A stretch of DNA of 64,000 nt, taken from positions 24,912 through 88,911 of the forward strand of contig JAGXTF010000013.1 in NCBI GenBank assembly GCA_018333525.1, written 5' to 3'. Positions 10,243 through 19,508 of this stretch are shown here, piece by piece. A model generated the notes under the pieces. That model was given only the letters and a program-made list of their open reading frames with translations, did no database searches and was not told where the DNA came from. The number at the start of each line of letters is the position of its first letter. Within the stretch, counting starts at the first letter, position 1. The stretch is from Bacteroidota bacterium. GTDB taxonomy: Bacteria > Bacteroidota > Bacteroidia > NS11-12g > UBA955. A program made the position numbers and the translations under genes.

Positions 10243-10912
10243 AAAACGCAAATTGTCTCTATTGCAAACCAAAGATGGAAGTTTCACTTTAATTGATGAA
10301 GACCTTGGTGAAACCTACCACTCCAGACATGGCGCCGTTACGGAAAGTAATGATGTATATATTGAAAAAGGACTTGATTTTTTCGTAAATAGCAGCTTTA
10401 AAAATCCGGTTAATGTTCTGGAAATAGGTCTGGGAACAGGCTTGAACGCCTCGCTTTCTGCCATTTATTCGATTAAACATTCTGTTTCATTGCAATATTT
10501 CGCACTGGAACCCTACCCTTTACCCATGGAATATTGCAAGTTACCGGAAAATATACTTCTTGAATTTAGACATATATGGCGGGCAATTCAGAATGCGCCA
10601 TGGAATGTAAATGTACAAATTCATCCTTCATTTTTGCTTCAAAAAATCAATCGGAAAATGGAAGATTATTTTATGGAACATGAAGCAATTGATCTTGACT
10701 ATTTTGATGCTTTCGCACCAAAATATCAAAGCGAAATTTGGAATGTAGAAGTATTTTCAAAAATCCACACATTCATGCGGCATAAAGGAATTCTGACTAC
10801 CTATTGTGCAAATGGACAGGTAAGAAGGAATTTGACAGCGGCAGGATTTAAAGTGGAACGACTCACCGGTCCACCGGGAAAACGGGAAATGTTGAGGGCA
10901 ATAAAATCTTAA
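10226..10912 (+). CDS. mnmD: Stand-alone MnmC-type SAM methyltransferase domain (tRNA mnm5s2U34 methyltransferase MnmD-like)
   Basis: N-terminus DGSFTLIDEDLGETYHSRHGA, SAM motif VLEIGLGTGLN, and C-terminal YFDAFAP...TYCANGQVRRNL..GF.V as in DUF752/MnmC(m). Confidence 0.7.
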   Translation: MKNAGEKRKLSLLQTKDGSFTLIDEDLGETYHSRHGAVTESNDVYIEKGLDFFVNSSFKNPVNVLEIGLGTGLNASLSAIYSIKHSVSLQYFALEPYPLPMEYCKLPENILLEFRHIWRAIQNAPWNVNVQIHPSFLLQKINRKMEDYFMEHEAIDLDYFDAFAPKYQSEIWNVEVFSKIHTFMRHKGILTTYCANGQVRRNLTAAGFKVERLTGPPGKREMLRAIKS

Positions 10913-10965
10913 TTTCAGGTCTGAGTTGAGGTAAATTGTGGCAGAAATAATACGAATACAATCCT

Positions 10966-10973
10966 TATGTTTG
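10966..10973 (+). promoter_or_regulatory. -7 box TATGTTTG, 4 nt upstream of ATG 10978
   Basis: Exact TAnnTTTG match. Reads TATGTTTG-CTAT-ATG. Confidence 0.5.
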
Positions 10974-10977
10974 CTAT

Positions 10978-13900
10978 ATGAATTTATTTCGAATTGCAAG
11001 AAACAGCTCGCTCAGTATCTTGTTTATTACCTTGCTTTTATCCTGTAACAGTGAAAATGGAAATGAGGAAAAACTATTTGAACTTCTGGATCCTGCTATT
11101 ACCGGTGTGGATTATACAAACACAATTCCTGAAAATGATACCTTAAACCAATATACCTACCATTACATTTTTAATGGAACCGGAGTGGCAACCGGGGATA
11201 TCAATAATGATGGCCTTGCCGATATGGTAATAACCGGTAATGAAAAACCGGCGAAAATATATTTGAATAAAGGCGAATTTAAATTTGAAGATATAACAGA
11301 CAAATCTGGTTTTAAAACCACAGGTTGGATGAGTGGTGTAACCATGGCAGATGTAAATAACGACGGGTTTTTAGACGTTTACATATGTCGCAGCGGTCCT
11401 GAAAAAAACCTGCAGGCAAAATCCAACTTTCTTTTTATCAATAACCGCGATCTCACTTTCACAGAATCTTCCAAAGCCTGGGGCGTAAATGATATGGGAA
11501 ATGCCACATGCGCCACTTTTTTCGATTTGGAAAATGATGGTGATCTGGATATGTATTTGGGAAATCATGCGGATCAATTCTTCGCCAATGTAAATGTGCC
11601 ATTTACACGAAAATTGAAAATGGACATTCACAACCAACAACATTTATTTAGAAATGATGGCGGCAAATTCACGGATATCAGTGATGCGGCCGGGGTAACT
11701 GCCATGGGGTATTGCCTTAGCGCCACCCCGGCAGATTTTAATCGCGATGGATTTATGGATCTCTATGTATGCAATGATTATTTAATTCCCGATTATTATT
11801 ACATCAATAATGGTGATGGAACTTTTACCGAAAGCTTTAAGCAATATTTCAAGCACAGCAGCACCAACAGCATGGGAAGCGATGCAGCGGATTATAACAA
11901 TGATGGATGGATGGATATCATTACTTTGGATATGTTGGCGGATGATCCCCGGAGATTTCAGTTGCTTGGTGGCTCAAAAGATATTGATCATTTCAGAACC
12001 AGTGTGGCAAACGGATATGGATACCAATACATGCACAATGCGCTGCAAACCAATACAGGATCAGGTCATTTTTCTGATCTCGGATTTCTGAATGGTGTAG
12101 CACGTACCGACTGGAGCTGGAGCCCGTTGTTTGCTGATTTTGACAATGATGGCTGGTCCGACTTGTTTGTCACCAATGGGTATTACAGAGATGTAACCAA
12201 TTTGGATTTCATGATCTATTCAGACCGGATTTTAAAACAAACCGGACAAAAAGTGAAACAAAAAGATTTTATTGAAAAAATTCCATTTGAAAAATTATCG
12301 AATTATGCTTTTAAAAATAAAGGAAATCTGCAATTTGATAACGTAACTGAAAATTGGGGGCTTGAAGCTCCAACCCATTCTACAGGTTCATCTTATGCAG
12401 ATCTGAATAACGACGGTAATCTGGATTTGGTCATTTGTAATCAGGGAGATAAAGTACAGATTTATAAAAATCATGGTACAAAAAATAATTACCTTCAATT
12501 GAAATTTAAAGGTGGTAAAAAGAACAATACTTTTGGTATTGGTACCAAAGTAATTCTGACTACGGATTCAGGTACAAGAATAATGGAAATGCAGCTGGTC
12601 CATGGGTATCAAAGCAGCAGTGCTCCTACGTTGCATATAGGATTAGGTGCAGATGAATCCGCCAAAAAAATTACCGTAATCTGGCCCAATGGTGAATATC
12701 AAAACCTGGAAAATATCAAATCCAAACAAACGCTGGAAATTGATGAAAAAAATGCTTCAGGAAAATACGTTTATCAGGTTCAAAAAGAATTTACTTTCGA
12801 GGAAATTACAGAACTCGTCGGATTAAATTTTGTTCATGAAGAAAAAGAAAATCCGGATTTTAAAAGAGAACCTTTACTTCCGCATCGCTTTACCATGTTG
12901 GGCCCCGGAGCTGCAACCGGTGATGTAAACGGAGATGGTTTAACGGATTTGATAATCACAAATGCGCGTGAAAGTTCCGGATGTAAATTATTCGAACAAA
13001 CACCAGAAGGCAAATTCAGACTTTCTGCTTCACAACCCTGGAAGAATGGAATTGACGCTGATATTTTGGGTTGTTTGATTTTCGATGCTAATGGGGATGG
13101 AAGTAACGATATCTACCTTGCCGCCGGAGGTTCGGAATATGAATGGCCTAGTCCCAAATACAAACACCATTTGTATATGAATAACGGCAAAGGAAGTTTT
13201 ACTGAAAAAACAGACGCATTACCGGATGTGAATTGCAGTGGAAGTTGCATAACAGCCGGAGATTATGATGCAGACGGGGATTTGGATTTATTTGTTGCCG
13301 GAAGGTTAAATCCCGGTAATTACCCGGGTTTGGATATTAGAAGTTATTTACTAAATAACATACAGGGAAAATTCACGGATGTCACCAGTTCTGTTGCTCC
13401 TGAACTGAACAAACCAGGCATGATCTGCGCAGCAGTATTTGCAGACTACAACAACGATAATAAATTGGATTTGGTGGTTGCAGGGGAATGGATGCCGGTT
13501 TTCTTTATGCAAAATACCGGAGACAAATTTGTAAGCCAGGGTTCTGCCGGTACAAGAAATGCATCAGGCTGGTATAACAGCTTGTTGCCTGTGGATATTG
13601 ATAATGACGGAGACCTCGATTTTATTGCAGGGAATAAAGGAGAAAACAGTTTTATCAAGGCTTCCATTACAGACCCGCTTAGAATTTACTGGACAGATCT
13701 GGACGGAAATGGAATAACCGATTTGTGGATGACATACACCCGTCAGGGCAAAGAATATCCATTGTATCAGCTGGATGAGATGGGCAAAGCGTACCCAGGT
13801 TTTATCAGCAAAAAGTTTACCACCTATACCGAATTTGCAGGCAAAACCGCTTTGGAAATATTCGGTGCTGATAATATGGCTAAAAATCGATTACAGGCTT

Positions 13901-14466
13901 CTAATTTCAACTCCATGATACTAATAAACAACGGTGGAAGTTTTGAAATGGTTAATCTCCCCAGAATGGCACAGGCAGGTCCGATTTACGGTCTTGCTAC
14001 AGCGGATATTGATGGAAATGGATTTTTGGACATCATTGGTACAGGCAATAGTTACTCTCCTCGTTGGTCGCATGGAAGAGATGATGCAATGGATGGTTTC
14101 ACCTTGATGAATCAAAACGGGCAACTATCCTTCAACGATGGTTATGCTGTGGGTTTTGAAGCCACAGGTGATGAAAAAGCCCTTGTAATGTTGCCCTGGA
14201 AAAAGGATAAACTCACATTTATTGCAACTCAAAATGGAGGGCCGGCGAAAATGTTCGAGGTTAAATCCGGTATGCATTTTATACCAGCCAAAGGGGTAGA
14301 AACAAAAGCACTGGTGAAATTGAAAAATGGTAAAACCAGAGTAGAGAATCTCAGTTATGGGTCCGGATATTTATCTGCAAGCCAACCAGGAGTTTGGGTG
14401 AATTCCTCAGTAGAATCTGTCCAATTTATTGATGGTCGCGGGAATTTGAGGAACGTACGCTCCTGA
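10978..14466 (+). CDS. FG-GAP/VCBS-repeat lipoprotein with a C-terminal ASPIC/UnbV-like domain (CRTAC1 family)
   Basis: Lipobox LLLSC. Many repeats of the D.N.DG..D type (DINNDGLADMV, DVNNDGFLDVY, DYNNDGWMDII, DFDNDGWSDLF, DLNNDGNLDLV, DVNGDGLTDLI, DIDNDGDLDFI). Confidence 0.85.
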   Translation: MNLFRIARNSSLSILFITLLLSCNSENGNEEKLFELLDPAITGVDYTNTIPENDTLNQYTYHYIFNGTGVATGDINNDGLADMVITGNEKPAKIYLNKGEFKFEDITDKSGFKTTGWMSGVTMADVNNDGFLDVYICRSGPEKNLQAKSNFLFINNRDLTFTESSKAWGVNDMGNATCATFFDLENDGDLDMYLGNHADQFFANVNVPFTRKLKMDIHNQQHLFRNDGGKFTDISDAAGVTAMGYCLSATPADFNRDGFMDLYVCNDYLIPDYYYINNGDGTFTESFKQYFKHSSTNSMGSDAADYNNDGWMDIITLDMLADDPRRFQLLGGSKDIDHFRTSVANGYGYQYMHNALQTNTGSGHFSDLGFLNGVARTDWSWSPLFADFDNDGWSDLFVTNGYYRDVTNLDFMIYSDRILKQTGQKVKQKDFIEKIPFEKLSNYAFKNKGNLQFDNVTENWGLEAPTHSTGSSYADLNNDGNLDLVICNQGDKVQIYKNHGTKNNYLQLKFKGGKKNNTFGIGTKVILTTDSGTRIMEMQLVHGYQSSSAPTLHIGLGADESAKKITVIWPNGEYQNLENIKSKQTLEIDEKNASGKYVYQVQKEFTFEEITELVGLNFVHEEKENPDFKREPLLPHRFTMLGPGAATGDVNGDGLTDLIITNARESSGCKLFEQTPEGKFRLSASQPWKNGIDADILGCLIFDANGDGSNDIYLAAGGSEYEWPSPKYKHHLYMNNGKGSFTEKTDALPDVNCSGSCITAGDYDADGDLDLFVAGRLNPGNYPGLDIRSYLLNNIQGKFTDVTSSVAPELNKPGMICAAVFADYNNDNKLDLVVAGEWMPVFFMQNTGDKFVSQGSAGTRNASGWYNSLLPVDIDNDGDLDFIAGNKGENSFIKASITDPLRIYWTDLDGNGITDLWMTYTRQGKEYPLYQLDEMGKAYPGFISKKFTTYTEFAGKTALEIFGADNMAKNRLQASNFNSMILINNGGSFEMVNLPRMAQAGPIYGLATADIDGNGFLDIIGTGNSYSPRWSHGRDDAMDGFTLMNQNGQLSFNDGYAVGFEATGDEKALVMLPWKKDKLTFIATQNGGPAKMFEVKSGMHFIPAKGVETKALVKLKNGKTRVENLSYGSGYLSASQPGVWVNSSVESVQFIDGRGNLRNVRS

Positions 14467-14506
14467 TTTATTTTCATTCATACTTGAATCCTGTAAAATA
14501 AAATTC

Positions 14507-14514
14507 TATCTTTG
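14507..14514 (+). promoter_or_regulatory. -7 box TATCTTTG upstream of the small ORF at 14541
   Basis: Exact TAnnTTTG match 26 nt upstream of ATG 14541. Confidence 0.5.
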
Positions 14515-14540
14515 CACCCATTTTTAACAATTCGAGCGTC

Positions 14541-14690
14541 ATGGGAGTATCCAGATTAAAGAGAAAAGAAGCGAAAAATCGCAGCCGCAGCACTAAAAGA
14601 GTGGAAACTATCAAAAGGCTGAGAACCTTCAAACACATCACATCTCCTTACAAAGGTGAAAGTGGTATAATCCTCGAAGACAAAGGGTAA
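14541..14690 (+). CDS. 49-aa highly basic small protein of unknown function (below the ORF-track length cutoff)
   Basis: My own translation: MGVSRLKRKEAKNRSRSTKRVETIKRLRTFKHITSPYKGESGIILEDKG. It has its own promoter box upstream and a strong terminator 23 nt downstream. Confidence 0.5.
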   Translation: MGVSRLKRKEAKNRSRSTKRVETIKRLRTFKHITSPYKGESGIILEDKG

Positions 14691-14712
14691 AAAAATAATA
14701 TTATTGGATATT

Positions 14713-14739
14713 AAAACGCAGCCTGGCGCTGCGTTTTTT
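14713..14739 (+). terminator. Rho-independent terminator
   Basis: AAAACGCAGC-ctggc-GCTGCGTTTT, a perfect 10-bp stem followed by a T-run. Confidence 0.8.
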
Positions 14740-14811
14740 ATTTGCCGTGTGGTTCCAAATTGGAAATATTCCATATTTGAATTTTAGGGTGTAATTCATT
14801 TTTTGAATGAT

Positions 14812-14819
14812 TACTTTTG
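14812..14819 (+). promoter_or_regulatory. -7 box TACTTTTG, 4 nt upstream of ATG 14824
   Basis: Exact TAnnTTTG match. Reads TACTTTTG-CCAA-ATG. Confidence 0.45.
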
Positions 14820-14823
14820 CCAA

Positions 14824-16140
14824 ATGCGATTGCGCCTATTCTTGCCAATTTCCGTAATTATACTGGCTGCTTCCTGCAGCAAAAAAACGGATCACAGTAA
14901 AATCACCTTAAACAATTTTATCTTAAGCGATTGTAACACGGCAATTCAAAATGCTATTGTGGTAGACCATGTAAGTGCTCCTGCAGGTGGCAGACGGTAT
15001 TTCTATGCCTGCGCTGCAGCCTATGAAGCTTTAGTACCATTCCAACCCGGATATCGTTCGCTTGCCGGCCAATTTCGCGGTTTAGAACCAGGACCTAAAC
15101 CAGATACCAGTAAAGGCTATTGTTTAGATCTTGTTGCACTTGCAGCCCATACATTCGCCAGTAAAAAGCTGGTTTATAAAGAGGATTCAATTAACAATTT
15201 CAGAGAACGCAAATTGAAATGGTACAAGGACAGGATTTCCGAAGATCAATTTGAAAATTCCATTGCATACGGTGATTCTGTTGGAATGCATATAATTCGC
15301 TGGGCTAAAAAAGACACATTTGACCAGATTCGCGGACGTGACTTTTATAATCCGAGTGGCATTAAAGGCCGCTGGGAACCAACATCCCCTGATTTCAGCA
15401 ATGCGGTTGAACCAAATTGGAGGAGAATTCGCCCTGTATTAATTCCATCAGCAAACGCCTTTAAAATTCCGAATCCGGAACCTTTCAGCAGGGATAAAAA
15501 TTCCAGATTTTATACAATCACCAAACAAGTATATGATGAGGTTCAGTTAAAAGACAGCAATCACCTGCGCACGGCATTGTATTGGGACGACAATCCGAAT
15601 ACGATGGTTCATCGCGGACATATAACCGTTAGTTTGTTAAAAGTAAGCCCGGCCGGCCATTGGCTGGGAATGATGAGTACGTTATCCAAACAACAGAATT
15701 TCAATCTGATGCAAAGTGCAGAGGGTTTTGTGAGATTTTCTGCCGTGATGTTTGATGCCTTTATAGCCTGTTGGGACGCCAAATACCAAACTGATTATAT
15801 CCGGCCTGAAACAGCAATTCGCCTTTTGATTGATTCTAATTGGTCTTCGCCCATCCAAACTCCTGCTTTCCCTGAATATCCAAGTGGACATTCCGTGGTA
15901 TCTACATCAGTAGGAACCATGTCTGACACCTATTATGGAAAATTCGAGTATATCGATAGCGCAGAATTGGAATTTGGTCTCGGCACAAGGAAGTTCACCG
16001 GTATTTTGGATGCCTCCAAAGAAGCCTGCATCAGCCGGTTATATGGTGGAATTCACTTTATTGACGCCATTGAAAACGGCAAAAAACTCGGACAACAGGT
16101 CGGTGAGTACCACCTTAAACACTTGATTACCAAGGAGTAA
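14824..16140 (+). CDS. PAP2-superfamily lipoprotein (vanadium haloperoxidase / acid phosphatase-like)
   Basis: Lipoprotein signal MRLRLFLPISVIILAASCSKK. PAP2 motifs YIRPE, YPSGHSV and SRLYGGIHFIDA. Confidence 0.75.
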   Translation: MRLRLFLPISVIILAASCSKKTDHSKITLNNFILSDCNTAIQNAIVVDHVSAPAGGRRYFYACAAAYEALVPFQPGYRSLAGQFRGLEPGPKPDTSKGYCLDLVALAAHTFASKKLVYKEDSINNFRERKLKWYKDRISEDQFENSIAYGDSVGMHIIRWAKKDTFDQIRGRDFYNPSGIKGRWEPTSPDFSNAVEPNWRRIRPVLIPSANAFKIPNPEPFSRDKNSRFYTITKQVYDEVQLKDSNHLRTALYWDDNPNTMVHRGHITVSLLKVSPAGHWLGMMSTLSKQQNFNLMQSAEGFVRFSAVMFDAFIACWDAKYQTDYIRPETAIRLLIDSNWSSPIQTPAFPEYPSGHSVVSTSVGTMSDTYYGKFEYIDSAELEFGLGTRKFTGILDASKEACISRLYGGIHFIDAIENGKKLGQQVGEYHLKHLITKE

Positions 16141-16208
16141 TATTTGAAATTTGCATTTTTTACATATTATTTTATGTAATATATTTGTTTTGTAAAATAT
16201 TTCATATA

Positions 16209-16216
16209 TATCTTTG
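16209..16216 (+). promoter_or_regulatory. -7 box TATCTTTG upstream of the 16233 ORF
   Basis: Exact TAnnTTTG match, followed by GGAGG (16224-16228) and ATG 16233. Confidence 0.45.
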
Positions 16217-16232
16217 CATCAACGGAGGTATT

Positions 16233-16670
16233 ATGACACCATACACCATTGCTCTGGCAGGCAAGGCGTATTTAACCCAGGCAAATCGCTCGGGTAAAAT
16301 TCAGCAGACTACAGGCAAATCCATTTTAATGCATTCTGATTTTCGATTTTATTCGAAAGCCATGAATCATTCGGATATGGTGCTGGAAATGCGTTCCCTT
16401 CCCTATCCGCATAGCATTGCAAACATTCCTGGAATGAAACCCGGGAATAAAGAAAACGCTAAAGGATATCCGGGAATCAGGAATAATTTCAATCTCAAAT
16501 TCTCCGCAGTTTTACACGCAACCACCAACTTTTGCGCGTTTTTAGGGAATTCGCTGAAGTTGTATTTGGATACCGTACACCTTACCACAGGTTTTGATGT
16601 AATTGTTTCAAGAACTCTTTTTGGTAAGGGTAACTACAAACTGATGCCCGTGCTTCTAATCGCACGTTAG
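16233..16670 (+). CDS. Orphan 145-aa hypothetical protein; coding status uncertain
   Basis: ATG preceded by GGAGG-N4. Open to TAG at 16668-16670. I recognise no motif. The region is bracketed by a promoter box and a strong hairpin. Confidence 0.4.
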   Translation: MTPYTIALAGKAYLTQANRSGKIQQTTGKSILMHSDFRFYSKAMNHSDMVLEMRSLPYPHSIANIPGMKPGNKENAKGYPGIRNNFNLKFSAVLHATTNFCAFLGNSLKLYLDTVHLTTGFDVIVSRTLFGKGNYKLMPVLLIAR

Positions 16671-16693
16671 GATCTATCGGTTTATTGACTCAT

Positions 16694-16722
16694 GGAAAGA
16701 GGCTGGGAGGGAGCCTCTTTCC
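16694..16722. terminator. Strong hairpin terminator between the 16233 ORF and valS
   Basis: GGAAAGAGGCT-gggaggg-AGCCTCTTTCC, a perfect 11-bp stem. The T-rich tail is on the + strand. The hairpin lies 4 nt beyond the valS stop on the - strand. Confidence 0.8.
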
Positions 16723-16726
16723 TATT

Positions 16727-19339
16727 TTATAACCTTTCCAACTGGTTTCTGAGAAGTACAATTTTTTGCTCTGCATCAGCCCTTTTCTGCTTTTCCTTTT
16801 CTACAATTTCAGGTTTGGCATTCGCAACGAATCTCTCATTTTTTAATTTCACATTTACAGAATTCAGAAATCCCTGCAAATACTCCAACTCCTCTCCCAG
16901 CCTGAGTTTTTCTTTTTCTGCATCAATTTCAATTTCCAATCTTACCACCACTTCACTCGTACCTACCATTAATCTGGCACTCTGATCGTATTCTTTAGTT
17001 CCAAAGTGAAGGCTGGCGTTTGCAAGTTTTTCAATAAATGCCTGATATTCTCTAAATGATTCGATATCCGAAACGATATACATTTCCAGTGTTTCCCTTG
17101 GTGAAATGTTCTTTTCCGTGCGCAATTTTCTAATTTCGGTAACCAGCATAACGGGTTCTTCCGGAGCTGCTTCCAAAACACGGGAAATAGGATAATCGCT
17201 TAGAATACACGGTTTATTAGGTTTCCCATCAAATAAAGCATGATGAAGTTCTTCCGTAATAAATGGCATAAATGGGTGCAACATTCTGAGAATAGTGTCA
17301 AAATGTTCACCTGCCAATTTTCTGGTTTCTTCCCCCATTGCTTCTCCATATGGTGGTTTGATGGCTTCCAGGAAGTTGCTGCAGAAATCGTCCCAGCCCA
17401 GCTTGTATAATGCCATAAGTGCATCATTGAGACGGTATTCCTTAAAATGGGACTCATTCTCCGCAAGTGTTTTATGAATTCGCTTTTCCAGCCAAACCAC
17501 AGCTTGTGTTTCATTTGGCCTCATCGTTAAATTTTCATCTACTTTCCACGATGAAACCAGCCTGTATGCATTCCATAGTTTGTTGCAAAAATTTCTGCCA
17601 ATTTCAATCTGGCTTTCATCAAAAAGGATATCACTACCCGCCGGAGAACACAAAAGCATGCCCATTCTTACGGCATCCGCGCCATTTTTGGCAATTAAAT
17701 CCAATGGATCCGGGCTATTGCCGAGGCTTTTACTCATTTTGCGTCTTTGTTTATCTCTTACAATTCCGGTGAAATAAACATTCTTAAAAGGCAATTCCTG
17801 CTTGTATTCATATCCGGCCATGATCATTCGCGCCACCCAGAAAAATATGATTTCAGGTGCTGTTACGAGATCGTTGGTTGGATAATAATAGTTTAGATCT
17901 GCGTTGTCTTTATTCTTGAATCCGTCAAAAACCGAAATTGGCCATAACCAACTGCTAAACCAGGTATCCAATACATCTTCATCCTGCTTCAAATCCTCTT
18001 CTTCAAGCTTTACGCCTCTTGCTTCAAATTGCTTGACGGCTTCGGTTGCATTTTTGGCTACTTCAAATGTGCCATCCGCTGCGTACCATGCAGGAATTTG
18101 TTGCCCCCACCAAAGCTGTCTGCTTATATTCCAGTCTTTTATGTTGGTGATCCAATGTTTGTATGTGTTTTTGAATTTAGATGGCCAAAACTTTATTTCA
18201 TCGTCAATTACCGATTGCAATACTTTGGGATTTTTCTCCAAAAATTTCTCCATATTTACAAACCATTGGGTTGAAATTTTTGGTTCCACCACTGCATGTG
18301 TTCTTTCACTAAAACCGATGTTGTGGGAATAATCTTCGGTTTTCAACAACAATCCCTTCTGTTCCAGATCCTTTACCCAGGATTTTCGGGCGTCAAACCT
18401 ATCTTGCCCCACATAAAGCAAACCTGCTTCACTGATGGTTCCATCATCATTTAGCGTATCATATACGGGCAAATTGTGCTTTAAGCCGATGGTATAATCG
18501 TGAATATCATGTGCCGGCGTTACTTTTAAGGCTCCTGTACCAAATTCTATATCAATATATTCATCAGTTATAACAGGAACCACGCGGTTAATAAGCGGTA
18601 CTATTACATTTTTTCCTACCAAATGGCTGTATCTGGGATCATTTGGATTTACGCAAACAGCTACATCACCGGCAATGGTTTCAGGGCGTGCTGTGGCAAC
18701 GGCTAAAAACTCCGTTTCACTGCCTTCCAGCATATATTTTACATAGTACAATTTATCCTGTACCTGCTCAAATAACACTTCTTCATCGCTTAGTGTGGTT
18801 TTCCCGGCAGGATCCCAATTCACCATGCGCGTTCCTCTATAAATGAGTCCCTTTTGATAGAGATCAATAAAAACATCAATTACAGCATCATACAGACTGG
18901 GTTCCATGGTAAATCTGGTTCTGTCCCAATCGCAACTGGCACCCAATTTTTTGAGTTGGTCCAAAATAATACCACCATACTTCTCCTTCCATTCCCAGGC
19001 GTATTTTAAAAACTCTTCACGGCTTAAGTCTTTTTTTTCAATTCCTTTGTCTGCAAGCATTTTTACCACCTTGGCTTCTGTGGCGATGCTTGCATGATCG
19101 GTTCCCGGCACCCAACAGGCATTTTTGCCCTGCATTCTGGCCCGACGAATGAGCACATCCTGTATGGTATTATTCAACATGTGTCCCATATGCAAAACCC
19201 CGGTAACATTGGGAGGTGGAATTACGATACAATAAGGCTCCCGCTCATCGGGAACAGCTCTAAAATATCCATTTTGCATCCAGAAGGAATACCATTTATC
19301 TTCTATAATTTCTGCGCTATACTTCGCTGCTAGTTCCAT
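16727..19339 (-). CDS. valS: Valine--tRNA ligase
   Basis: HIGH-type motif (VLHMGHMLN), KMSKS (RKMSKSLGN) and a C-terminal coiled coil. Start placed at MELAAKYSA... (ATG 19339). Confidence 0.97.
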   Translation of the reverse strand: MELAAKYSAEIIEDKWYSFWMQNGYFRAVPDEREPYCIVIPPPNVTGVLHMGHMLNNTIQDVLIRRARMQGKNACWVPGTDHASIATEAKVVKMLADKGIEKKDLSREEFLKYAWEWKEKYGGIILDQLKKLGASCDWDRTRFTMEPSLYDAVIDVFIDLYQKGLIYRGTRMVNWDPAGKTTLSDEEVLFEQVQDKLYYVKYMLEGSETEFLAVATARPETIAGDVAVCVNPNDPRYSHLVGKNVIVPLINRVVPVITDEYIDIEFGTGALKVTPAHDIHDYTIGLKHNLPVYDTLNDDGTISEAGLLYVGQDRFDARKSWVKDLEQKGLLLKTEDYSHNIGFSERTHAVVEPKISTQWFVNMEKFLEKNPKVLQSVIDDEIKFWPSKFKNTYKHWITNIKDWNISRQLWWGQQIPAWYAADGTFEVAKNATEAVKQFEARGVKLEEEDLKQDEDVLDTWFSSWLWPISVFDGFKNKDNADLNYYYPTNDLVTAPEIIFFWVARMIMAGYEYKQELPFKNVYFTGIVRDKQRRKMSKSLGNSPDPLDLIAKNGADAVRMGMLLCSPAGSDILFDESQIEIGRNFCNKLWNAYRLVSSWKVDENLTMRPNETQAVVWLEKRIHKTLAENESHFKEYRLNDALMALYKLGWDDFCSNFLEAIKPPYGEAMGEETRKLAGEHFDTILRMLHPFMPFITEELHHALFDGKPNKPCILSDYPISRVLEAAPEEPVMLVTEIRKLRTEKNISPRETLEMYIVSDIESFREYQAFIEKLANASLHFGTKEYDQSARLMVGTSEVVVRLEIEIDAEKEKLRLGEELEYLQGFLNSVNVKLKNERFVANAKPEIVEKEKQKRADAEQKIVLLRNQLERL

Positions 19340-19508
19340 GAATGCCGCGAATTTACACAAGGGTGAGTGGTTTCGTCAATGAAAATAGACTGAAAAATGT
19401 TTACTTTTTTCAATAGATGAATTGTTTGAATTTGGTAATTCAGCTTCGAAGCCACTGAATTTAATTGCAATTGTGATTACAAGAATCGAAATTTGACTTT
19501 TAGCGATT

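Noticed and set aside
16141-16726. Possibility that this gap encodes a known housekeeping RNA (tmRNA, RNase P RNA, 6S RNA or a cobalamin/SAM riboswitch).
   Set aside because: By eye I could not find the hallmark sequences: no GGGGCUGA-type 5' end or tRNA-like T-arm/CCA end, no GAGGAAAGUCC box, and no B12 box. The region is therefore reported only as an orphan unit.
17904-18332. Long antisense ORFs inside valS. Similar ORFs lie inside rpsA (42206-42697), actB, actC and the carbamoyltransferase.
   Set aside because: They sit entirely within strongly supported genes on the opposite strand. They have low-complexity or Ser/Leu/Cys-rich composition and no start context.
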